Below, piece by piece: positions 24,182-36,897 of a DNA stretch of 64,000 bases. The translations under genes were made by a program, and so were the position numbers. Position 1 is the first letter of the stretch; each line of letters opens with the position of its first letter. The stretch spans positions 5,645,241 to 5,709,240 of the forward strand of contig OZ316899.1 in the NCBI GenBank assembly GCA_973895155.1, in the 5' to 3' direction. Source of the DNA: Marsupella aquatica (taxonomy: Eukaryota > Plantae > Marchantiophyta). The notes under the pieces are model-generated. The model was not told the DNA's origin. It made no database searches and saw only the letters and a list, made by a program, of their open reading frames with translations.

Positions 24182-27100
24182 TTACTCAGAAGAGTCTCCG
24201 TTGTCACTCCCTCCATTAGATCCTAGATCTTCTCCGATAAGAGACACTTTGGGAATGTTAGGATCCTCCTCTTCTTCCCCCTCTTCTATCTCATCCTCAT
24301 CTTCAGAATCAAAATTTAAGACAGACTTCAGTTTGTCTCTCTTTCATTTTGAAATTGAAGACTTTGGAGGGGCTTTGGGCTCAGACTCTTTTGGAGTAAG
24401 AAGATCCAGAAATACCTTAGAAGCAGTTTCAACAAACTCCTTCCTATTCTTGAGTCAAATTACAAATCGACCACAATTATCACCTGCAACAAATGTACTC
24501 CCCGAACCTACAGCCCAATCCATAACAATATCTCCTGGACACGTAATTAGTTCCAACACAGACTACATGAACCCTGGATGTAGTCTGGCATTCCCTGCAA
24601 ATTCAAGCTCTGGAGTTGTATCAACCTTCGTGAAGGGAAGTCCAATCAGATTTGTAATGGAAGGATCCTCTATTTTTGAAAGGGGTTTGAACTTAGGATC
24701 TTTTGGGACTTTCACCTTGGATGATATCCGCGAAAATACATCCAAACGTAAAATGAATACCTGAAAAGGGAACAAAATAGAGGAAGGACCCTTAGATTAC
24801 AACAGCGTCGGGCGCTAGCAAATAATCCACAAAATCACGTTGAATAGTTTACCTAAAATAAGGTCAAATAAAAAAAGAAAGTAATAGATAATATGAATAG
24901 CGCCTAGCGCTAGCAAAAGGATCAACAAAATTACCTGCAAATCAGACTTCGCTTTGTACATTGGGAACCCATGACGACATTATGTGTACATAGACACTGG
25001 AATTTCTTGGACTCTTGACAAGCGGAGATGACCTGCAAAATTTGATCAAACTCCCCCGTATGGAGTATCGCAATAATTCCGTCATCTGACAAAAAAGGAT
25101 CCATTGCCCGGAAAAAGGATTGGGCTAGGGTACAATCGGGGACGTTCCATTTAGGGACCTTTCTATCAAACAAAGTCGGTTTTAGCCCAGTTGGCAAGTA
25201 AATAAAACCAGCGTCAACACCAAAAGGTCTTTGCTTCCCACCCCTCACCACTCCTTTCAGCCGGCATCCAGATTTGATCAGGTCTTTCCCCCACTTTTCA
25301 GCATCATTTACCCATTCCGGCTTCTCCTCCTTATTAAACACACTGTCCACAAGTTCACTGACATTGGTCTCAACGAAACAATGACAAGACGACTTGGCTT
25401 TAAAATCCCCAACATCACGTTGGAGCCCAGTGGCAGCCTGAGAATCCTGTTCTGATTGTCCAGCATCTCAAGTCCTTCTGCTTTTCTTTTTTGTACTCGT
25501 CGCATCGATTGGGACAATTGATTTCCCAAAATTAACTGGTGTAAGTGGATCTGGTAAAGCGCCAGTATTTGCTTCTGAAGCTTTTGGAGTAACCTTCGTA
25601 TCATCTGTGCTATCTGCATCTGACTTCTTTTGACCTATGAACATATTGCAAAGAATGTGGGATTAGGGCCTTCAAGCAAACACTGATGAAGATTGAATCA
25701 CAAGAATGGCAGCGACGGGCACTAGCAAACATTTGAAAAAAAGATTGAAAACTTACGTTTCTTTCCGGATCGCGTGGAGGCACTTGGCACTGCAGTGTCT
25801 ATTTTAACTTTCCCTCATGGCTTGCGGCTCCTATCGACATGGACAACTACTGTCTCACAGTTTGTCTGTAACTCCGTAGAAGATTTATCGACGTCGCTAA
25901 GGAGACCTTGCTTCATCTCAGAAACAATGTTGGGAAGGATCTGCGACTTTGCAAGTTTCAGAAACCAATCCTTCTCCACTTCATCAAAGGGTGAATCCCA
26001 CTTGTCTGTGTCAAGGTACCATGGGCAGTGAATTCTTTCCCACTCGGACATTTCCCTTGGGGGTAGTTTACCCTCGGCAGGATACATCGAGTATAAGTCA
26101 CAAACAATATCTCCCTCCTTTACAGTAATCCACTTGTGAAATGCGGCTGGATACGCCCAAAGAGCATCCGGGGAATGAATTTCCATCCAAATGTAGAAAT
26201 GATACAAATACCTCTTGGCCCTCTTCTGATTTTTCTCGGTATATACCTCTTTATCAGGGTATTTTGATGGCCACATGGTGTTGAAGAACTTTGCCTTCAC
26301 AAGATCCCCATACCTTCGGAATTCACTTGAAATTACTTCAATCAGATTTTCTACCAAGTCACACCCTGACTGGGCAAGCCTATCAACCGGTAGCGTTTCA
26401 ATCGCTGTGGAAATTGCCGAGTGTAGCATCCCAATTGCAATTCCCTCGACGGTATTCCATGTTTGCCATGTGTGGCACCACTGCTTCACTGGATCATCGT
26501 TCACACTCGAAGGGTGGAAGAATTGTTTTCTCAACTCTGGAGTACAGTGAGCAACGAGCAATGTACACCTCAATTTTGGATCAAGCGTCGAAACTGCAGT
26601 GAAGAGTCTGGCACGGTCCATAGTGCAAACAACCGATTCTGGTTTTTTCTCTCGCTTGTTTTTTCTGTCAAAACATACATCTTTGCACAGGTACCTAGAA
26701 AATCTTCAAACTCAGGACTAAGAAGAGGAGTGATTTTGGACGTTTTTGTGGACCAATCTTTAGTAGACTCTTTCAACATGAGCAATTGCCGCTTTGTTAT
26801 GTCATCAGCCGACCAAGGATTGCCTTGACTTGCTGCCAGTGCCATGTCCATCTTGAACTGGTTAGTGTAAGCTTTAATTTTTTTTTCGCATAAAATATAG
26901 ACTAGAGCTTCCAGAGGCATTTTTCTTGTGTACCAAGAATGTTTTCGAGTCTTCTATTTGATATACTCAAACTTTGCATAATTGGCGCTGTCAATGATAG
27001 ACTTGTAGTGCTCTAGATCGTGAGAAAGAATCCTCCGGATTCTGTTTGCATCAAGGATCCACGACGGTTCAACAACGGCCTGCCCTAACCTGCAATAGGC

Positions 27101-27830
27101 CAGGTTTTCAATTATTAGCGTCGGGCGCTAGCTTAACTTAAACACTCAATTAGCCTATAAACACTGTATTATTCTATAAACACTCCATAAACATTGTATT
27201 TATGTAATAACCAAGTATTGCGGAAATCGTTAATTACAAGCTAGGGCAAAAAACGTACTGGTTCACAGTGTGCATAGCCGCCTCAATCTGAATTTGCGAA
27301 GCTTTGTCACCCTTGAAAATTGTGCAGAGAACTTTGGGATGATACTTGACGTTGTCAAGATTTTCCTTTGTGACCATCGTCCACGAGTAAAGTTGATGAT
27401 TCCCGTCAAAAACTGAGAACATTTTGTCTTTCAAGATCATAAAGGCAGGATCTGCCTCGCACTTCAGCTCAAACTTCTCGTTCTCAGCAACCCAAATTGC
27501 ATCCCAACTCTCCCTGATCTCTTCAGTGTAGATTTTCTCCACACCATCCGAATCGGTCGGCTATACAAAAAACTGCATTCCTATCCTGGGATTGTATCCA
27601 CTACTTCGGAATGAGTCTTTCAATTTCTCAATTGATGCATTCTCCTTCTGTAACGTCCAAACAACCTCCATGTGGACCAGGCGACAAAGCGGAATCCGTG
27701 GAGGTTCCTTCTCATTCCCCCGAAAATCTTTCCCAAACGACATAATGTGTTTCGAGATGACTTCATCGATTCCAAGTCCTACCTCGTTGCCCTCTCCCAA
27801 AGCGTAATCGATCATGCCATCAGTCTCCAT
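24182..27830 (-). pseudogene. Spliced gene for a ParB-like domain fused to a beta-class DNA amino-methyltransferase-like domain
   Basis: N-terminal RIPLCRL..GY..FSVFDGNH(Q). C-terminal VDAGFIYLPTG..W..FLSDDG (motif IV region), then LITCPGDIVMDWAVGSGSTFVAGDNCGRFVI*LK (motif X/I). Introns at about 27257-27090, 25757-25637 and 24933-24763. Several stops and frameshifts. Confidence 0.65.
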
Positions 27831-28917
27831 TCTGCCCCTTCTTGACTTCTGGCTCGGGAGTGTTGTGTTCGACAAAGGAATTGCTCCGCTCAATCTTGTA
27901 ACACAACGCGAATAGAATGCCCCAGAGAATGAAGATTGTGTACTCTTGCAATGACCGTGATCTCCCTCCGGAACCGTGGTATACCCTCTTGGAGAGCTTG
28001 GAGCGCTTGAAGGTTGCATCGTGGAGCCCCAAAGTTTGCGAAGGTGCTTGTACGACACAGAGCCAATGTCTATTCTCACGCTTTGAACAAATTACTGTAC
28101 AAAAAGAACAAGCAGGAAACCTTTAAAAATTGGGCGGTTGACATCATGGGAGGTAGATCGATGCGGAAGAAAAGGATCTCACTCACCAATCATGACAAGG
28201 ACAAGTGGCCGATACTATTTAGAATGAGTATATGTAACGCCTCTTTTTAACTGGGGTAAGGGAGGAGCGATGATCCGTAGGCTATTGTTAAGGAAGTCAA
28301 CTGCAAAAAGCGTGAAACAATGAGTACGTTCATGCACTTTACCATTAGATATAACCGTTGGGATAATACAAGTCATTCCTTTTGATACTAGCGCCAAGCG
28401 CTAGCATTCAAAAACCACTAAAATAACATCATTAACACTGATGTCAGCCATGAAATTATGTCAGCGCCGGACGCTAACTATATTTGATACATGTATATTT
28501 CCTATAAACAACAATTATATCAAACAAACTCAATGTCTTTTGACATTTTTGTTATTCCAATAAAATTAATAGAGTTTTTCACCTTTAAATGGAAGTGGAT
28601 TAATGATAGCGCCTGGCGCTAGCATATGAAGTTTGGTTTTTAGGTTTTAATTCCATGACTTATTTATGGTAGCGTCGGGCGCTAGTAAATATCTGATCAT
28701 GTTTCTCAAACTATATTATTGATGTTACCAGTACGTAGTGACGTTGGCAAAATGACAAACGACATTTATGTTTCTACATTTTACGACTAGTACCCGTTTT
28801 GTCATTCACAAACGATAATCTTCTGGAGTTTGTTACGAATTCACTTAACTTAAGTCGGGTTATGTTCTCCTATTCTCTCATTTTCTCTGTTTGTCAATTC
28901 AGGATTATTGTTCCGCA

Positions 28918-31900
28918 ATGTCTAATTCAGTTGTGCTTATGCGTTCTGGAACTGGAGAGATTGTACGCATTCCTTTAGGTTCTTCCGATACGTACAAACA
29001 GGTTAGTGAGAACTATCTTTGTGGAAGATTTGACATTGGCATCAATGACATTCTTTCCATCAAACTTGTTGATGCTTCTGGAGATGAGGCTGGTGACGCA
29101 TTGTTTGATATCGACGATGGAGTCAGATTTTGGCAACTGAACGCTGGGAAGAGATACTATATCAATCTTCGAGATAATTCCGTTAGGAATGAAATTCATC
29201 CGGTTCCAGTCATTCACCTTTCCGATAGTGATGAGGAGGATGTTGCCGTTCATTCGCAAAAATCGCCCAATCCGGGAACTTTGGTCAAGATGGAAGGTCA
29301 GTTTCCTTCCGAGACACACGTTGCGGGGGGTGTTGCGGGAGGTATTGTCTACCGTCGAAGCGCGATGGATGCTATTCTCAAATCAACTGGCCATAGTGAA
29401 CTGTCGTGATTCATCCAAACATGTGATTTTAGGCATGAGCAGGTGAATTGCCTCCCAAGCAAATACAATGGAAATGTTGTATTTGAATTGCCTCCCGCAA
29501 AAGGTCTTCTTTCAAAAGGTTCAAGACTCCGTGACATGGATCGGCTGAAAGACTGCTACTTCTGGACACAAATATTTCCAACCTCTGCGAATGTACAACC
29601 GAAAAAGTTCTGGGAATTTGGTAAAGTGATGTGTACAGGAGCACTAGAATGTCAGAATCAGAAGTGTGATTATCTTTTGCGGAAGAAACAAAGAAATTGT
29701 AAAGCTTGGGATGGGACACCCAAACTCGCGGGGCCACATACCGTAGGAAAGATGATTGACGAGGGTGGCGTAGTTTGTCACTATTGCCAACAATTACCCT
29801 TTTGTACTGAAGCATGTCCTGCAATGCTTTTTTATATGTACCCTCAACTACTTCTAGACGCGGATACTTGTAAGCATATGTCCCGTCTTGCTGTGCATGT
29901 CGGAACTCATGCTCATCCCAGTCAAAAAGTTTTTTCTCGTGGTGCTGAAAAGATTGCTCACAACTTCATAAAGAAACAACATGAAGCTACGCCGTGTGCC
30001 ACACCATCGGGTCTGAAGAACGCTATAACTGGATCTTTAAGGAAGGCTCTTTGTGTGTCCAACAATGACATTGGTGAATTGGAGGAAAGAGAAATTTGGG
30101 AGTCGTTAATGGTAGTTTTGACACCTCAAAAGTTCGCATCTCTTTTTCGAAGCGTTCGGCAAGACCAAAAAGGCAAAGGTGAGTTGGAGTTTCTTGTTGA
30201 AATGCAGAAATGCATAATCTTTCCCTTTCTACAACGTTACATGCTCCCAGGTCAAGGCTGTAAAGAGGATAGGCCACATATTTTCAAAATGACTATAAAA
30301 GGGCACGGATCTGGAGTTGATTTGTTGCGCCAAATGCAGCCTGGAGGTCCATTGGAAGGGGCATGGGTCAGTTTTGATGTGATGAGGAGGATGACAAAAG
30401 ATTGGATAACTTTTAGCGCACATGTTTATGATCACAATTATCGTGCTCTTTGCACAATTTTCACATGTGAGTTGAAAGCAGAAGATTCAGAGTCTTAAGA
30501 GAAAGCCTGGAAATTGATGATTGAGGTTTGCCATGAAAATGGGTTGGATAATGTTGTGATCCATGGATTCATGGTTGACAATGCCCAAGCTGGATGGAAT
30601 GTTGTTTGGAATGTGTTTTTCGAAGGACATCCTAACCCAGAAAAGGAGCGATCGGATGCGTTTCACTTCTATCAATTGTTTCATCGTCACTCGATTGAAG
30701 GTGTATTGGAAGAAAAACGAGATGAGCATCGGAAGATGTGGGACTCTTTAAGGAACGTGTCCACATTTCTTGGAGCATACAGAATTTCAAGGGATATCGA
30801 TGTATGGTGGAGATCTGGGAATTGTGTTCCAGGGAAGCTTCAAATGCTCCAAGGTTGGTTGGCGTGGTGGGTGGTCCGATGGCGTCAATGGGGAAATTTC
30901 ATTCATTTGGTGAGTTTCAACATCCAGTAACCACTCGAACTCATACTAGCGCTTGGCGCTACCATTATTTTCAGTTAGTGTGGTCTCGTAGGTTTCGTTC
31001 ATCATTATCTGGTTTTTGATACTAGCGCCCGGTGCTAGTATTAATGGACCACTTGTTTCTTAAATTTACAAAAATTTAGTTTGAATGTTGCTAGCGCCAG
31101 GCGCTGTCATTGATTTTATGTACATGTGGCTTAGTCATATTTCCTAAACTCTGCTCCTATGGTGGATGCAGAACAAAAGCGTGGAGGAAAGCGCTATGAT
31201 TCCTAACTGTACTACTTCAGAGGCGGCGCATTCCATAATGAAGGCTTGGCAAACTAAGAAAAAGGCTGGCCTATTCGAAGCATGTGAGATGGACCAAAAC
31301 AAGGGTGTCTCACAAGTTGCAGCATACACGGCGTATAAGAGAGATCTTCACCGAGGAACCGGACCTACAATTTGGGAATTGGCATTCCGTTCGACGGACC
31401 AGGCAGGTTCTTCAAAACTTTTCCAAGATGCTTCCAATATGCTTCTTTCCGGTGCGGCTGAATTCGACCTGGAAAGGAGTGGTCCACTCAATGGGGATGT
31501 TACAACAAAGTCTATGAAGAGGAAAGGTCAGGCCTCTGGGAACATCTCGGCACAAGACTCCCATCGGCATGACACTATTCTTGTAACATCACCAAATACT
31601 CGAGGCATGAAGAGGAAAAACTTAAACAAGACCAAATTCTCCCCGAATGCAGAGGGACCTGTTCACGATAACATTGGCATTGTGGATCTGTCGGAAAGTG
31701 AAATCGAAGAAGGATGTCATTGGAGTACTCCGCCGTGGAGGAGGGTGACAAGGTCTTCTGTAGCACCGCAAAGTGCACCTCCGAACCTCCAAAGGGTTGT
31801 CCATGACTCATCTATGTTGGAGACAGATGTGCGACCAGGTGCTTGGCACCTGCGAAGAGTGACAAAACATGGTGCAGGGCCTCAATGTAATGGATCTCTT

Positions 31901-32689
31901 GGTGGTAAATCGGATCGAGATGACTGTCAAAATCGTCTGAAAAAGGTTGGTTACCCGTCAACGGATGGTGTAGTTGGCATTGTTGTCAAAGGATACCGCA
32001 TGTTCATGGGAGAACCACATCCTGAGATGATTTGGTTCTGTCCCAATAATGCATGCTATAAGAGTCGGCCCCGTCGTAATGTGGTGAATCTTCCCCCGTT
32101 TCCTCATACCTTGCCCGTTTTGAAGGGCACGAATCTTTTGGAAGCTGAGATCCAATTCCTATCTCAGCAAGGGATTGCAATCAATCTAGAGGCCGGACGT
32201 CAGGCTCCTCCATCTCCATTTGACTTGCAAATCAATGTGAATGTTTTCCTTGAGAAAATCAATCTCCTGGAGCCAAATATCCGCCTTTGGAGTAGGAATG
32301 GTAAAAATACAGTCCCACGTTCAAATCTTTCACAAGGACACAACAAAAGAATTGAATCTGCAAACAAGGAGCCGATGACACTGATTCAACAGTTTGATGT
32401 TTCAATCGGAAACTCTTGGGGCAAACAATTTCATATCCAGACCCAAGAGAAACTTCGTATGGCAAACACTTACTGGGTGCAGATTTGTATTTTCCCCTGC
32501 TGTTCTTGTGAGGAATTCTATCGTCGCCATTCTCATGGATGGCCATTCATGCCTTGCAAGCATCTATATTGGGTTTATACCAACGTCCTCAAACTAGATG
32601 TCGTGGATTCAACTTTGGCTAGTCAGCCAATTTTGACCGTAGGTGAGGTGAGGCTCATTCTAGCTAGGCAGAATTCTCTAATCTTATAG
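28918..32689 (+). pseudogene. MULE-type transposase with GCM/WRKY-like zinc domain, DDE core and C-terminal SWIM finger
   Basis: One frame from 28918 to 30909 with stops at 29407 and 30496, a phase-0 intron at 30910-31171, then an exon to 32689. Motifs are CTGALEC..C..C..HAH, SFDV (D1), FMVDN (D2), DAFH, TTSEAAHS (E) and CSC..CKH (SWIM). Confidence 0.8.
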
Positions 32690-33477
32690 ACTAGAGATTT
32701 AGTAACGTTGAACGGCTCCAACCTCATTTGTCACATGTGCAACGTTTCATTTCTTTTCAACGATCACATTTGGTTAATATATATGGCTAGCACCCGGCGC
32801 TAGCATAAGTTTATCCCGTTCTGAGTGAATCTCTTTCATTTCATGGGCCGGATGGATGCTTTAAAGTACTTGTGTTTGCAACCAAAATTTCCGTTTCTTA
32901 ACATTCTGGGAATGGAATTCTTCTCATCTAAACTCTTACACTAGTAAGTATTTTTGCAAGAAGTTTATTTAAATGGGCTAGAAATCTTGGTTTGTTTTTT
33001 GTTAGCGCCTAGCGATATTATAGAATACAGTTCCGATTCTGATGATATTTTTAAGATAAGTAATATTTCGAGTGTGTTTTGTATCAGCAGCCAGTGTATG
33101 GTGGGACCCACTCGATGGTTTATGTATATTTGGTGGAGAAGTGACTGCATTTAGTTGTTGTAAGGAACCCAATCAAGTGTTACCTTTCGCTAAAATGTGG
33201 GCTCAAAACTTCAAAACATTCATGGTACAGGTTCCTGTTTTCCTCTTAACAGGAATTCTGTTTTCTTGTTTCCTGTCTCGGTGGTGATGCCCCCTTGGAG
33301 CAACCGTTGCTCGAGATAATCCGCTTTCTAGAGGTATTGTGGCAAGCAATCATGTCCCCAGCCCATGTGGACTATCTCAAGGAGCACCAACCGGACAAAT
33401 TTGCTCAACTAACTTGGCAGCCTATTGCCTTTGGAGTGAGGGAAATGTGAGAGTTCATTGAGAACTTTGACATTGTA

Positions 33478-34030
33478 GGTCCATGATTATCCCTGGTCCT
33501 AAGCAAGTGAAGAAGATTGATGTATACTTGCAACCATCGATTGAGGAGCTAAAAGAGCTATAGCAAGGAGTGGATTGCTACGATGGCCAAGTGCATCCGG
33601 GGGCCTTATCTCGTGAGTTTAAGCTGAAGGCCCATTCTTTTGTGGACCATGCATGAACTTTCAGGTATGAATATGAATTTTGGGTACTTTCCTTTAAATT
33701 ATAATTACATATGGCTTTGCATGGTCTGGCTGTAACTATATACCCATTTTTAAATAGGATTTGTCCCTTAGGTTGGTTCTTAAAATGAACTTACTTTGAA
33801 ACATTTGTGGTGTTTTGTTACCATTCTTGTTCAAGGGTTTGGGTATGTTTCTGGCTTGCAAACTTTTGGATACCGAGCTTGCCCAACTTGTGGTCCAATT
33901 TTGAGGGAGTGGTTTGCCCAAATTCTACCGCCCTACGGAAGATAGTTTACATTGGTCACACAAAGTATCTTCCAGAAGAGCATGAATAGAGGTATGATCC
34001 ATTTTTGTACAACGTAGAGTTGGGCATGAC
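33478..34030 (+). pseudogene. Isolated fragment of a third CACTA TnpD transposase
   Basis: SMIIPGPKQVKKIDVYLQP..EELKEL..WTMH, an intron at the same position as in CACTA-1, then GYVSGLQT.GYRACPTCGP..KIVYIGHTKYLP. Confidence 0.8.
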
Positions 34031-35802
34031 ATGGGCAATGTATCACTTACCATGAGGCAAGTAGCAGATTAGGACGTATATGCTCATTAGGACCGTATCC
34101 GTATAGATAGGACAATACAAGTTGTGGGAAGGCATTTTTGTTGAATATTATGAATAAGAGCTTAATCGGGATTTTTTCAAACTTTTTGGAGCTAAGGATG
34201 ACGCTTTCGGAAGTGTCCGCATTCTTTTGACACTTTCTGAAGAGTCCGCCCTCACTACTCTGTTTCAAGCAGCCCAACTCCGGACGCTTTCTGAAGCGTC
34301 CACCTGAGAAGTTAGTATACGTTCAACCGCGGCACCAATCCAACGTCTGTGACCGGCACCAAGTACTGGACGCCTCGTGAAGCGTCCATTGGAGCAGTCC
34401 AGAACTTGATGCTACTTGGAAGCGTCCGTTATCAAGTCCTGACCGCCGCGACGCTCTTAAAAGCGTCCCCATAAGACCCGACGCTTTCTGAAGCGTCCGC
34501 CACTCCAAGGCGATCTCGACACTGACGCTGACTGAAGCGTCGCACCCGGAGCCCAGAAGCCAGACGCTGCGACCAAGACCTCAAAATTCACCCGACGCTT
34601 TCTGAAGCGTCCACAAAAGTCCTTTGTAGTTTTGGACGCTTTCTGAAGCGTCCACTATGTTCCCGACACTTAGAAATATTTTCATTGTTTGCACTTTTAT
34701 AACACCGCGCCACTTTTACCGATTTATTTGAGGCACTTATAGATCTCAGAAAAGTCTGAAACTTTGCCAGCATATAGACTATATGTAGTAGAGTACCCTT
34801 GAAAAGTTTCAACTCCTTCCGACTTTTAGTTTAGAAGTTAAAATTAGATTAAGATCACTGTTTATTAGTTTTACCGGAAAACACCGACGTTTTGCAAAAC
34901 TTTCACTCAAACATTGACGCTTCGTGAAGCGTCCACTGCATTTTAAGATTACCTTTTAGATATTGAAGTTTGAAAGGTCATGACTCTTCAGTTGACATAC
35001 TACACCTATAAGACCCCTTTCCTTACCAGTCCTATTGGGGGGACAAAATGTTATTCAGATGTTAGAATTCTGAATAGTTTTCCACCTTCCATTTTAACAA
35101 GGGAGACTTGTATGGAAGTAAAATATATGTTATGATTTGTGAATGAATTCAGGAGATACTTTGTGTGACTGAATTACAATCACACCCTTTTGAGATTCAT
35201 ATCAAATTCACTGCTAGACTTACTCAAATGAGATTTGCTAGCCAATTTGAGAATTAATGTTTGATTGAGAGAAGCAAAATTCCATTTTCACAGTAGTTAG
35301 TACCATTACTATACTCTGGTATATTCAATAGTGATTGATTGAAAGTGCGCATCACTGATAATCAATCCATGTTGACGGCATTTTATTGAATATCTTAGTA
35401 TTTGTAATCAGAAATCTACCTTTGGGTTTGGTGAGTAGAAATCTCTCAATCAGTATCCTTATGGATTTAAGGAGAGTTTAGATGAGTTAAGAGAAATTTT
35501 GTTTGCATATAATAAGACCATAGTCCTTTTTGAAGGAGTGGCAATATCAAACTGATAATGATCTCACTCAATTGAAGCTTATCTTTATTCATAACTCAAA
35601 AGTCTATTTTGTTTGTGTTTTGTTAGTTTTCTTATTTTTCCTGTAAGGAAAATTTGAGCTGTATAGAGTAAGAGACTCTAAACCTCTCAAAATTACTATA
35701 TCATTCAATCTATTCCAATTTTGTTCCTAAAGGGATCGAATTCCGAGTTTATAAAGATATTTTGTTACTTTTGTGTTCTTACGGCTTACGACATACGATA
35801 TT

Positions 35803-35820
35803 TGGCGCCGCTGCCGGGGA
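35803..35820 (+). promoter_or_regulatory. Primer-binding site TGGCGCCGCTGCCGGGGA (tRNA-Asp type, Athila-like)
   Basis: It matches the TGGCGCCGTTGCCGGGGA PBS typical of Athila-group elements and follows the LTR end directly. Confidence 0.85.
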
Positions 35821-36897
35821 ACGGTATGGAATGGATTGATACCGAGGCAGTGAATGCCAACTGAGGAAGTTGAATTGGTCGAAAGGAGTTACTTAATGGA
35901 AGATTCAGGAGAATGGCCAATTTAGGTGTTGGAGGTTCGACCTTTCACCATAGCAGATGCCCCGGAAATCTTCCGAGAGATGATAAGGGAGGGAGTCCTC
36001 CTTAATAGGAGAAGGAGAAGGAAGGAAATTAAGGCCAAGAAAGACAGCCTCAAGGGTGCTTGATTTTCAATTAAAGAAAGAGTTTCCTGTGTGTAGGAAT
36101 GGAGAGCAAGATTAAGATAATCAGTTGATTATAAGGTGAAGTTTGGAAGGGAATTTTACCTTTTCAGTGAAGGGATCTATATGAGTAGAATAAGTGTTAG
36201 AGCCATTGTTAAAATTAATGAGATAATTAGGCTGTAAGCCATCCTTAGGTGTGGAGGATTTTTGTAGAATGCCCCCACCCATTAGATCATTAGGTTCCTT
36301 ACGAGTTAGGAATTTGCACAATCAATATGTGCAGACATGGGTGTTAAGTGTGAGGGGTAGACGAGGAGTTCATTGGCTGTCCATAATGTGGTGGGAAGGC
36401 TTGAATTTGCATCTAGTAATGTTGAGATTAAATGGTAGGATTACCCAGGAGAGATATATTGTAATTTCCATTTCAGAATTGGCTAGCACAATGCTTCAGA
36501 GTGAAATGGAGGGCAATAGGAGGATGAGATAGGAACTGCTGCGGTATACATACCTAATAATACGTATGTATTACCAAATAAGGATATGGAGAGTTGTCAT
36601 GAGGGAGCTCCAAGGCATTGGATTGATGCCTAGACACTTCGGGTTCCCAAGATTTGAACCGACGTGCCCGTTCATATCCCTCGACACAAATGTGCAAAAG
36701 GCATACCCCTTGAGGATCTAAGCTACCAGGAGTCTGCATATCTGAGGATCCTCAAGTATGACCATTTGTAGGAGATACGAGAGAGGTCAGATTCAAAAAG
36801 GGGATCCCACTATAGAAAGGCATATCCCGTGGAGAAGCCAAGGTGACCGCTTCCATCTGTAGGGGATGTCTTCTCAAAATCTGAGTGGCGGTGAGAG

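Larger units (their letters stand above)
21690..33020. repeat. Dispersed palindrome TAGCGCCNGGCGCTA, about 20 copies, non-coding positions only
   Basis: Copies near 22241, 23385, 23563, 23686, 24803, 24898, 25710, 27116, 28389, 28607, 28670, 30946, 31024, 31092, 32788 and others. Confidence 0.9.
21419..33292. mobile_element. Mutator-like (MULE) DNA transposon, about 11.9 kb
   Basis: Imperfect TIRs: left GGGGTAT..AGACAGGAAACAGGAAAACAG, right (reverse complement) GGGCAT..AGACAGGAAACAAGAAAACAG. Flanking direct repeat CCCCCTTGGAG at 21408-21418 and 33290-33300, so TSD length is ambiguous (7-11 bp). It contains a DDE/SWIM transposase. Confidence 0.8.
12037..33475 (+). mobile_element. Old LTR-family host sequence split into 12037-12658, 20854-21418 and 33293-33475 by later insertions
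   Basis: 12037-12658 joined to 20854-21340 is colinear with 44122-45240. 33350-33475 translates HVDYLKEH..FAQLTW..EM*EFIENFD, homologous to HACYLKTQ..LASLPW..DMTEFIQNFD at ~61850. Confidence 0.65.

Noticed and set aside
24201-24764. 187-aa plus-strand ORF and similar ORFs (4005-4409, 16367-16891, 38258-38659, 47012-47491, 48538-49104)
   Set aside because: These are antisense or alternate-frame shadows of recognisable TE genes or low-complexity sequence.
24182-27830. Bacterial contamination or a restriction-modification operon
   Set aside because: The gene has GT-AG introns containing the element's motif and sits within a TE nested among plant retroelements.
34198-34935. Palindromic repeats as a CRISPR array
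   Set aside because: Units are short and degenerate with irregular spacing, there are no cas genes, and the context is a eukaryotic LTR.
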